64,000 nt of DNA from Gemmatimonadota bacterium (GTDB lineage: Bacteria; Gemmatimonadota; Gemmatimonadetes; Longimicrobiales; RSA9), in assembly GCA_040905425.1 (NCBI GenBank), contig JBBDRO010000100.1, positions 63,124 to 127,123 of the forward strand. Direction: 5' to 3'. Positions 56,460 to 64,000 of the stretch are shown here, piece by piece. Below the pieces are notes generated by a model. The model did no database searches. It was not told the origin of the DNA and saw only the letters and a list, made by a program, of their open reading frames with translations. Position 1 is the stretch's first letter; each line of letters starts with the position of its first letter. A program made the translations under genes and the position numbers.

Positions 56460-58271
56460 TCAGCTCACACTCAGGGGGTCCAGCACCAGGGCGGGCCTGC
56501 CATCCGCCAGCAGCGTGGCGCCGGAGAAGAGCGGCAGCGCCCCCACGCCCGGATGGAAGGCCTTCACGAGGATCTGCTCGCGGCGTACGATCTCGTCCAC
56601 GCCCAACGCAAAGCGACGTTCGCCCGACTCGGCCACCACCGCCGCCCGCTCGCCCCCCTCCGGATCCACCCCCAGGACGGCGCGCATGCGGATGAGCCGG
56701 ACCGGCTCGTCACGCAGTACGAGCCATTCCCCCGTGCCGTCCACGCGCACCGAAGTGAGGGCAAAATCCACCGCCTCCGATACGTGCGTGAGCGGCACGG
56801 CGTAGATCTCCTGGCCCACCCGCACCTGCAGGGCGGGCGCCACGGCCAGCGTGAGCGGCAGCCGCATCACGAAGTCGGTGCCCTGCCCCGTCCGGGTCCG
56901 CATGTCGATAGCGCCGCCGAGCGCGCGCACACGGTTCACCACCGCGTCCAGCCCCACCCCACGGCCTGAGACCTCCGTCACCGCGGCGGCCGTGGAGAAG
57001 CCGGGGTGGCTGAGGATCCGAAAGAGCTCGTCGTCTTCCAGCACGCCGTCGAAATCGGCGGGCAGGATGCCACGCTCCTGTGCGCGTTCCACCACCGTCT
57101 CCTGATGCACGCCGCCGCCATCGTCCTGCAGGGTGATCCGCACGCTCGTGCGCTCGCGCTCGGCGGCCAGGCGGATCTGCCCGCGGGGAACCTTGCCAGC
57201 GGCACGGCGCGCCTCGTTGCCCTCCAGGCCGTGGTCTACGGCGTTGCGCAGGAGATGGACGATGGGATCCACGATCTCGTCGAGGATGGCACGGTCGAGT
57301 TCGATGTCCTGCCCCTCCATGACCAGTTCCACGTCCTTGCCGAGCGAGCGGGCCGCGTCCCGCACCACGCGGGGGAAGCGCTGGAAAACGTCGGCCACCG
57401 GGACCATGCGCATCGAGAGCACTGCGTGCTGCAGCTCGGACGCCACGGTACTGATGCGGGAAGCGACGTCCCCCATCCCGTTCACGGCGGCTACGTCCAG
57501 CTCTCCGGCATACTCCGCCAGCCGGCCCTGCAGCACGGCCAGTTCCGCCACGCGCTCGGCCACCTCGTCGAGGCGCCGCTGATCCACGCGCACCTGGGTA
57601 GCGGTGGCCCGAGCCGGACCGGACCGCCCGGCCGCCTGCGAGTCCCCCCGCTCGACCGTGGCGCTGGCCACCTCCCCCGCCGCGCGCAGCGCCACCGTGA
57701 CGGCCTCCGCGTCGGCATCCTCCTCGAGCAGAACCAGAAAACGTCCGTCGAAGGCCTCGTCGAACTCCGCGGGTAGCGTACCTACGACTCCTCCCACCGC
57801 GCGCGCCGCGACCACCGCGAGCAGCGCGCGCGCGGCTTTGATGGGCGCGTCCTCTTCCAGGCGCACGCGCACGGCGGGCACGCCGGCCGGGCGGGCCGGT
57901 CCGGCACGGTCCCGCCCCGCGGTCCCCGCGGGTGCGGCCGCGGCGGCCACGTCGGGTGACGGATCCAGCGCGGCGGCCTGGAGCCGGTCGGCCGCGGCCA
58001 GCAAGGCGTCCACGAGTTCCGGGTCCACCTCCAGCGTGCCAGCACGCACCGCGTCCAAGCGGTCCTCGAGCGCGTGTGCCTGCTCGGTCACCAGGGTGTA
58101 GCCCATGCTCGCGGCCATCCCCTTCAGGGTGTGGGCGGCACGGAACGCCGCGGCCACCGCCTGGCGCGCCTCCTCCCCGCCCGCTTCCAGGGCCAGGATG
58201 CTCTGGGTCAGCCGCTGCAGATGCTCTTCGGCCTCGGCTGCGTAGAGGGCGCGGAAGCGGTCGACATCCAT
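56460..58271 (-). CDS. cheA: chemotaxis histidine kinase CheA
   Basis: HPt FRAAHTLKG; RMVP; HLLRNAVDHG; DDGGG; GFST; SGRGVGLD; C-terminal CheW domain. Confidence 0.96.
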   Translation of the reverse strand: MDVDRFRALYAAEAEEHLQRLTQSILALEAGGEEARQAVAAAFRAAHTLKGMAASMGYTLVTEQAHALEDRLDAVRAGTLEVDPELVDALLAAADRLQAAALDPSPDVAAAAAPAGTAGRDRAGPARPAGVPAVRVRLEEDAPIKAARALLAVVAARAVGGVVGTLPAEFDEAFDGRFLVLLEEDADAEAVTVALRAAGEVASATVERGDSQAAGRSGPARATATQVRVDQRRLDEVAERVAELAVLQGRLAEYAGELDVAAVNGMGDVASRISTVASELQHAVLSMRMVPVADVFQRFPRVVRDAARSLGKDVELVMEGQDIELDRAILDEIVDPIVHLLRNAVDHGLEGNEARRAAGKVPRGQIRLAAERERTSVRITLQDDGGGVHQETVVERAQERGILPADFDGVLEDDELFRILSHPGFSTAAAVTEVSGRGVGLDAVVNRVRALGGAIDMRTRTGQGTDFVMRLPLTLAVAPALQVRVGQEIYAVPLTHVSEAVDFALTSVRVDGTGEWLVLRDEPVRLIRMRAVLGVDPEGGERAAVVAESGERRFALGVDEIVRREQILVKAFHPGVGALPLFSGATLLADGRPALVLDPLSVS

Positions 58272-58281
58272 GGAGGTCGGT

Positions 58282-58644
58282 TCAGCCCAGCACGCGCTGT
58301 ACGGCTTCGAGCACGCGGGAAGGCTGGAACGGTTTGACCACGAAGTCGCGCGCCCCCGCCTGGATAGCTTCGATGACCAGCGCCTGCTGTCCCATGGCGC
58401 TGCACATGAGGATACGGGCTTTGGGGAACTCCTTGACGATCGCGCGCACGGCATCGATACCGCCCATGTCCGGCATCACGATGTCCATGGTGACCAGATC
58501 CGGTTTCAACTCGCGGTATTGTTCCACCGCCTCGGAGCCGGTCTGCGCTTCACCGACCACCTCGAAGCCCGCCTGCTTCAGGATCTCTCCCAGCATGGTG
58601 CGCATGAAGAGTGCGTCATCGCAGATCAGAACGGTTCGTGCCAT
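58282..58644 (-). CDS. cheY: single-domain response regulator CheY
   Basis: ICDDALFMR, TMDIVMP, MCSAMGQ, FVVKPF (F1/Dif-type CheY pattern). Confidence 0.93.
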   Translation of the reverse strand: MARTVLICDDALFMRTMLGEILKQAGFEVVGEAQTGSEAVEQYRELKPDLVTMDIVMPDMGGIDAVRAIVKEFPKARILMCSAMGQQALVIEAIQAGARDFVVKPFQPSRVLEAVQRVLG

Positions 58645-58678
58645 GGTTCCTCGATGGGATGGTTCGTGCGGCGGCGCC

Positions 58679-59171
58679 TCATGCGGCCAGCAGCCGTTCG
58701 ATGAGCGCATCGGGGTTCAGCAGCAGCGCGCGGTGCCCGGCCAGTTCCGCCACGCCCAGGACGTCCCCGGGTTCGAGCCCCATGCCGCGGAGTTCGTCCT
58801 CGTCGAGCGCCGCCCAGTCGGCGGCGCCCGGCGCCCCCCGGAGCCATCCGGAGCACTTCCTCCACGGCCAGAGCCAGCGGGCGCTCGCCGTCGTCCACGA
58901 AGACGAGCCGGTGCCCCGGCCGCGCGGCGGCCGGCCGTAGGCGCAGCACCACGCCCAGGTCACAGACGGTGACTACGAGGCCGCGCAGCCCTACCAGCCC
59001 GCACACTTCCGGACCGCAGCCGGGCAGCCGCGTGACCGGCCGCGGCGTGGTGATCTCGCGCACCCGGTCGAGCGGCAAGCCAAGCCGGTGGCCGTCACAC
59101 GTGAGCAGCACCCAGCGCGGTAGCGGGGCCGTGGTCGATCCCCCGTCGGACGTGACCGCCGTGCTCTCCAT
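58679..59171 (-). pseudogene. cheW: CheW adaptor, frameshifted at a G6 run (58834-58839); real lesion or sequencing error
   Basis: The N-terminal CheW part (VREI..PVTRLPG..VCGLVGLRG.VVTVCDL..ALAVEEV) is in one frame. The C-terminal part (VLGVAELAGHRALLLNPDALI) is in another. Deleting one G fuses them. Confidence 0.85.
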
Positions 59172-59203
59172 CGATCGTCCGGCTCAGGGTTCAGTGAGGG
59201 CGC

Positions 59204-59233
59204 AAGATAGCGCGCCGCGAGCGAGCGGGTCAA
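59204..59233 (-). promoter_or_regulatory. sigma70-type promoter for the che/mgl operon
   Basis: TTGACC-18bp-TATCTT, ending 32 bp upstream of the cheW ATG. Confidence 0.6.
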
Positions 59234-59307
59234 CCGCGCGCCCACGCGTGTGGGGGCCGGCCTCCGAACCATGGGACCATGCGTGCGCGCGCGCCGGCCT
59301 GCGGACG

Positions 59308-59368
59308 CGGGCCGGGCGCCGGTGGCTAGCGGGCCGGGCGCCGGTGGCTAGCGGGCCGGGACGCCGGT
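59308..59368. repeat. 22-bp direct repeat (gggccgggcgccggtggctagc), about 2.5 copies, intergenic
   Basis: Seen directly between the rluD stop and the cheW promoter. Confidence 0.8.
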
Positions 59369-59370
59369 AA

Positions 59371-60354
59371 CTATTGGGCCGGCGTGGAGCTCTCGCGTGC
59401 CCACTGGGCCGCATCCTCGAGGGCCGCCGGCAGGGGAGCGCTGAAGCGGAGCGGCAGACCCGTGACGGGATGCAGGAATGCCAGCTCCGCGGCATGCAGG
59501 AACTGGCGCGGCACGCGCCGCGCCAGCTCCTCGGCCCACATGCGGTCCCGCCCGCTCACGCGCCGCGCGCCGCCGCCGCCGTAGGCCTCGTCCCCCACCA
59601 CGGGATGGCCGATGTGCGCCAGGTGGACCCGGATCTGGTGCGTGCGGCCGGTTTCCAGGCGCGCGCGGATGAGGTCGGCCGCCCGCCACCGCTCCAGGAC
59701 CCGGAAGCGCGTGCGCGCCTGACGCCCCCCCTCCACCACCGCCATGCGCTTGCGCTCCCGGGGGGAGCGCCCGATGGGGGCGTCCACCAGCAGCTCTTCC
59801 TCGGCCAGATGCCCCCACGCTACGACCAGGTAGCTGCGCTCGATTTCGCGCCGCTTCAGCGCGCCGGCCAGCCCCCGGTGGGCCGCGTCCGTCTTGGCCA
59901 CCACCAGCAGACCGGAGGTGTCCCGGTCCAGGCGGTGTACGATGCCCGGGCGGAGCACCCCGCCGATGCCGGACAGGTCGTCCAGATGATGGAGAAGTGC
60001 GTTGACCATGGTCCCGGTGCGGTTGCCGGGGGCGGGGTGGACCACCAGGCCGGCGGGCTTGTCCACCACGGCCAGGTGCTCGTCCTGGTGGATGATGCGC
60101 AGCGGGATGGGCTCGGCCGCCACGCCGGCGGCCGTGGGTTCGGGGAGCAGCAGCTCCACGCGGTCCCCCGCCTCGACTGGATAGCTCTTGCGGGCCGGTT
60201 CGCGATTGACGCGCACGGCGCCGTCCTCGATCAGGCGGGCGGCGCGGGAGCGGGACAGGTCCGGCAGGCGGGTAGCCAGGAAGGCGTCCAGGCGGGTGCC
60301 GGCGTCGGGCGCGGCCACGGTTACGGTGGTCCGCCTAACCTCCCTCGGACGCAC
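59371..60354 (-). CDS. rluD: RluA/RluD family 23S rRNA pseudouridine synthase
   Basis: S4 domain RLDAFL..SRSR; KPAGLVVHP; RPGIVHRLDRDTSGL; TGRTHQIRVH; LHA. Confidence 0.93.
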   Translation of the reverse strand: MRPREVRRTTVTVAAPDAGTRLDAFLATRLPDLSRSRAARLIEDGAVRVNREPARKSYPVEAGDRVELLLPEPTAAGVAAEPIPLRIIHQDEHLAVVDKPAGLVVHPAPGNRTGTMVNALLHHLDDLSGIGGVLRPGIVHRLDRDTSGLLVVAKTDAAHRGLAGALKRREIERSYLVVAWGHLAEEELLVDAPIGRSPRERKRMAVVEGGRQARTRFRVLERWRAADLIRARLETGRTHQIRVHLAHIGHPVVGDEAYGGGGARRVSGRDRMWAEELARRVPRQFLHAAELAFLHPVTGLPLRFSAPLPAALEDAAQWARESSTPAQ

Positions 60355-60880
60355 GCCGCTCTTCGTTCCACAGGGAGAGGGCCAGGATGATGGCCCCGGT
60401 CGTGACCGCCACGTCCGCTACGTTGAAGACCGGCCAGCGTAGGGTGCCCACGCCCACATCCAGAAAGTCGACCACGCCGCGCTCCAGCCGCACGCGATCG
60501 ATCAGGTTGCCGAACGCACCCGCACAGATGAGCGCGATGGCGCTGAGCCGCGACCGATCGGCCGTCGGGGTGAACCAGTACATCACCAGGAGCGCCACCA
60601 ACGCCACCAGTGAAAGTACCAGGAAGATCTCCCGTGAGTACGGCCCGAGCTGGATCCCGAACGCGGCGCCCGGATTGTGGATGTACGTCAGACGCACGTA
60701 CTCCCCCACCACGGGCACCTGGTCGTACTCACGCAGCATGCGCTGGACGGCCGCCTTCGTGACCACGTCCAGGAACAGCACGCCGCCCATGATGCCCGCG
60801 AAGAGGGCAGCCTTCCCGCCCGACCAGCTCTCGGCCGAAGTCTGCGCCACCGCGGTCTCCAGCTCTCCGTTCACGCTCAA
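60335..60880 (-). CDS. lspA: signal peptidase II
   Basis: D..TK, NPGAAFG, GAFGNLIDR, VVDFL, WPVFNVAD. Confidence 0.95.
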   Translation of the reverse strand: MSVNGELETAVAQTSAESWSGGKAALFAGIMGGVLFLDVVTKAAVQRMLREYDQVPVVGEYVRLTYIHNPGAAFGIQLGPYSREIFLVLSLVALVALLVMYWFTPTADRSRLSAIALICAGAFGNLIDRVRLERGVVDFLDVGVGTLRWPVFNVADVAVTTGAIILALSLWNEERRASEGG

Positions 60881-60883
60881 CCT

Positions 60884-63800
60884 CTAATCCGCGCGCGTCA
60901 GTCCGACGCGGCCGCTCATGCCGTCCAGTTCCAGCTCCACCGCGTGGTCCAGGCCGGCCACCGCGTCGGCGCCCGTCCCCACCTCCACGGCCAGCGTCTC
61001 ATGCATGATATAGTCCGCGTATGTTGCCGCCGCCTCGAGCACCGGTTCGGATCCCGCAACGGCCAGGCGGACGCGGTCACTCACCTCCAGGCCGGCGTCA
61101 CGGCGCAGGCGCTGGATGCGGCTCACCAGTTCACGCGCCAGTCCCTCGCGGCGTAGCGCATCATCGAGTGCCGGATCGAGCGCCGCCACATAGCCCGCCT
61201 CGGACTGCACGGCCAGCTCCCCGCGGGCTTCCTCACGCACCTCCACCTCCTCGGCCGACAGCACGTGCCGCTCGCCGTCCACCTCCACCGCCAGCTCGCC
61301 ACCTGAGCGGACGGCCAGGAGCGCGTCCGAGGGAAGCGCGCGGATGGCCTCCGCCACACGCGGCGTGTCAGGACCGAAACGTTTGCCCAGCACCCGGAAG
61401 TTCGGCACACCCTGGAAGCTCACCAGCTCCTCGGCCCCGGCCAGGAAGTGCACCTCCTTCACGTTCAGCTCGTCGCGTAGCACTGCCAGCAGCTCATCGG
61501 TCAGCTCCGCACGGCCGGGGATGACCGCGTGGAGGGCGCGCAGCGGCTGGCGTACCCGGATGCCGATGGCCTCGCGCGCCGCCCGTCCCAGGCTGGCCAG
61601 CATGCGGGTTGCCTCCATGCCCTCCTCGAGCTCCACGTCTCGGGGGGCCACGGCTTCCGGAAAGGAGGCCAGATGCACGCTCTCCCCCACCACGGCGCGG
61701 TGCAGCCAGTCCGCGGTGAAGGGCACGAACGGCGCCAGCAGGCGCGCCACCGTCACGAGCGCCTCGTGGAGCGTGCGGAACGCCGCCCGGGTGTCCGCGG
61801 CGTCGGCGCTGCCCCAGAAGCGGGCGCGCGAACGGCGCACGTACCAGTTGGAGAGGTCGTCCACGACGAAGTCACTGACGGCACGCGCGGCGCGGGTGGC
61901 CTCGTAGGCCTCCATCTCCGCCCCCACCCGCTCCGCCAGTCCGGCGACGCGCGAGAGCACCCACCGGTCCAGCACGGGGCGCGCCTCCACCGGCGGGTCG
62001 TCGTCTGAAGGCGCCCAGCCTTCCAGATTGGCGTAGAGCGCCAGGAACCGATAGGTGTTCGCCAACGTGTCGAAGGTACGCCGCGCCGCTTCCGCGAGCG
62101 CTTCCGGATCGTAGCGCTTGGGGACCCACGGCTGGCTCACGGTCACGAAGTGCCAGCGCAGCGCATCGGCGCCATGCACCGCGATGGCGTCCCAGGGATC
62201 CACCACGTTGCCGCGGGACTTGGACATCTTCCGGCCCTCGGCGTCCAGGATCAGATCGTTGACCACCACGTGCCGGTAGGGGGCCTGGTTGCCCAGCATG
62301 GTGGAGATGGCCAGCAGGGAGTAAAACCAGCCGCGCGTCTGGTCCACGCCTTCACAGATGTAGTCCGCCGGGAAGTGCCGCTCGAAGGCGTCCTGGTTCT
62401 CGAACGGCCAGTGCCACTGGGCGTAGGGCATGCTCCCCGAATCGAACCACACGTCCACCACCTCCGGCGTGCGGCGCATGGTGCCCGCGCACCGGGAACA
62501 GGGCCAGGCCGGCTCGTCGATGTAGGGCTTGTGCGGATCGAAGTCCTCTCCGAGCGGGCCGGCCCGCTCGGCCAACTCCGCGTACGAGCCCATCACCTCG
62601 ATATGCTCCGGTTCCTCGGAGCAGACCCATACCGGCAGGGGCGTGCCCCAGTAGCGCTCGCGTGAGATGGCCCAGTCCACGTTGCCCTCGAGCCACTCGC
62701 CCATGCGCCCGCTGCCCACCTCCGGCGGATGCCAATGGATGCCCCGGTTGGCCGCCACCATCTCGTCCCGCACCGCGGTGGTGCGCAGGAACCAGGAATC
62801 CCGGGCCATGTAGATGAGCGGACTCGAGCAACGCCAGCAGTGGGGGTAGCTGTGCTCCTCGAGGGTGTGCCGGAAGAGCAGCCCCGACTCCGCCAGCGCC
62901 TCCACCAGGACGGGGTCGGCCTCCTTCACGGGCATACCGCCCACCAGGTCGACGGCCTCCCCGAAGCGGCCGTCGTCGCCCACCGGCCGCAGCATGGGCA
63001 GGCCATGGCGCTCCCCCGCCGCGTAGTCGTCGGCGCCGAAGGCCGGCGCCAGGTGGACGATGCCCGTGCCGTCCTCGGCCGTGACGAACGGCTCCAGGTA
63101 GATCTGCCACGCCGTATCCTCCGCCCCGTCCGGTGCGGGCACGAGGTCAAAGGGCCGCCGGTAGCGGACGCCGGCCAGCTGCGCGCCCGCGTGCCGGGCC
63201 ACCACGCGGGCCTCCGCGCCGAACACCGCCTCCACCCGGGCCTCGGCCAGGATGAGCCGGCGGCCCTCGTGCTCCACCTCCGCGTAGGCCAGTTCGGGAT
63301 GCACCGCCAGCGCCACGTTCGAGGGCACGGTCCACGGCGTGGTGGTCCACACCAGGAAGGCGCGGGAGGGATCATCCGCCAGTTCACACAGGAAGTAGAG
63401 CGAGGGATCGAAGACGTCCTCGTACCCCTGCGCCACCTCGTGCGAGGAGAGCGCCGTACCACAACGCGGACAGTAGGGCACGCTCTTGTAGCCGCGGTAG
63501 AGGAAGTCACGCTCCGCCAGGCGCTTCAGTATGGCCCATACGCTCTCCACGTATTCGTCCGAGAAGGTCACGTAGGGCCGCGAGTAGTCCAGCCAGTAGC
63601 CGATCCGCTCGGAGAGGCGCTCCCAGTCCTCCTTGTAGGTGAACACGCTGTCGCGGCAGGCCTTGTTGAAGCGGGCCACGCCCAGCTCCTCGATCTCCTG
63701 CTTGCCGCTGATGCCCAGCTGCTTCTCCGCCGCGATCTCCACCGGCAGCCCGTGCGTGTCCCACCCGGCAATGCGCGTCACGTGCCGTCCCTGCATGGTG

Positions 63801-64000
63801 CGGAAACGCACGAAGAGGTCCTTCAGCGTGCGGCTGATGACGTGGTGGATGCCCGGGCGACCGTTGGCCGTGGGCGGTCCCTCGTAGAAGACGAATTCCT
63901 CCCCGCCCTCGGTGGCCTCGAGCGTACGGCGGAAGAGGTCCTCCTCACGCCAGCGGAGGAGGACCTCTTCCTCGAGTCGGGTAGGGCTGTCTGGATATTC
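60884..64000 (-). CDS. ileS: isoleucine--tRNA ligase, type 2 (5' end lies beyond the window)
   Basis: FYEGPPTANGRPGIHH, GWDTHGLPVE, WTTTPWT, DWAISRERYWG, KMSKS; type-2 C-terminus EGLARELVSRIQ..R with no zinc finger. Confidence 0.97.
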   Translation of the reverse strand, partial: EYPDSPTRLEEEVLLRWREEDLFRRTLEATEGGEEFVFYEGPPTANGRPGIHHVISRTLKDLFVRFRTMQGRHVTRIAGWDTHGLPVEIAAEKQLGISGKQEIEELGVARFNKACRDSVFTYKEDWERLSERIGYWLDYSRPYVTFSDEYVESVWAILKRLAERDFLYRGYKSVPYCPRCGTALSSHEVAQGYEDVFDPSLYFLCELADDPSRAFLVWTTTPWTVPSNVALAVHPELAYAEVEHEGRRLILAEARVEAVFGAEARVVARHAGAQLAGVRYRRPFDLVPAPDGAEDTAWQIYLEPFVTAEDGTGIVHLAPAFGADDYAAGERHGLPMLRPVGDDGRFGEAVDLVGGMPVKEADPVLVEALAESGLLFRHTLEEHSYPHCWRCSSPLIYMARDSWFLRTTAVRDEMVAANRGIHWHPPEVGSGRMGEWLEGNVDWAISRERYWGTPLPVWVCSEEPEHIEVMGSYAELAERAGPLGEDFDPHKPYIDEPAWPCSRCAGTMRRTPEVVDVWFDSGSMPYAQWHWPFENQDAFERHFPADYICEGVDQTRGWFYSLLAISTMLGNQAPYRHVVVNDLILDAEGRKMSKSRGNVVDPWDAIAVHGADALRWHFVTVSQPWVPKRYDPEALAEAARRTFDTLANTYRFLALYANLEGWAPSDDDPPVEARPVLDRWVLSRVAGLAERVGAEMEAYEATRAARAVSDFVVDDLSNWYVRRSRARFWGSADAADTRAAFRTLHEALVTVARLLAPFVPFTADWLHRAVVGESVHLASFPEAVAPRDVELEEGMEATRMLASLGRAAREAIGIRVRQPLRALHAVIPGRAELTDELLAVLRDELNVKEVHFLAGAEELVSFQGVPNFRVLGKRFGPDTPRVAEAIRALPSDALLAVRSGGELAVEVDGERHVLSAEEVEVREEARGELAVQSEAGYVAALDPALDDALRREGLARELVSRIQRLRRDAGLEVSDRVRLAVAGSEPVLEAAATYADYIMHETLAVEVGTGADAVAGLDHAVELELDGMSGRVGLTRAD

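Noticed and set aside
59200..59218. sigma54 promoter upstream of cheW
   Set aside because: The GG-to-GC spacing is 11 rather than 10 nt; the sigma70 reading fits better.

Overview
This 64 kb window is very GC-rich bacterial chromosome (roughly 70% GC by eye), with most genes on the minus strand. Gene content and order suggest Gemmatimonadota (inference). Housekeeping content: miaB (partial), cdd, alr, mazG, asnS, recG, ftsY, a dcw cluster from mraZ to ftsZ that lacks murB and ddl, tRNA-Val(TAC), rluD, lspA and ileS (partial). The standout feature is a ~15-16 kb tightly coupled minus-strand operon at ~43.0-59.2 kb. In it, a chemosensory set with no chemoreceptor (cheW-cheY-cheA-cheC ... cheR-cheD-cheB) is split around an MglA small-GTPase cassette. 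The cassette holds an 897-aa TPR protein, two DUF4388 proteins with MshEN-like c-di-GMP motifs plus wHTH-like and TPR parts, three Roadblock/MglB-like proteins, MglA, and a DnaA-derived protein. That DnaA-derived protein has two tandem DnaA AAA+ domains (one intact, one degenerate) and no DNA-binding domain. The cheW gene is frameshifted at a G6 run. Other notable items are a type-2 IleRS with a GIHH signature, a small pentaheme cytochrome c, an HD-GYP regulator, clear MraZ boxes, several sigma70 promoters and several coding tandem repeats. I saw no CRISPR array, integrase or transposase. All family assignments come from motif recognition by eye, not from database searches.
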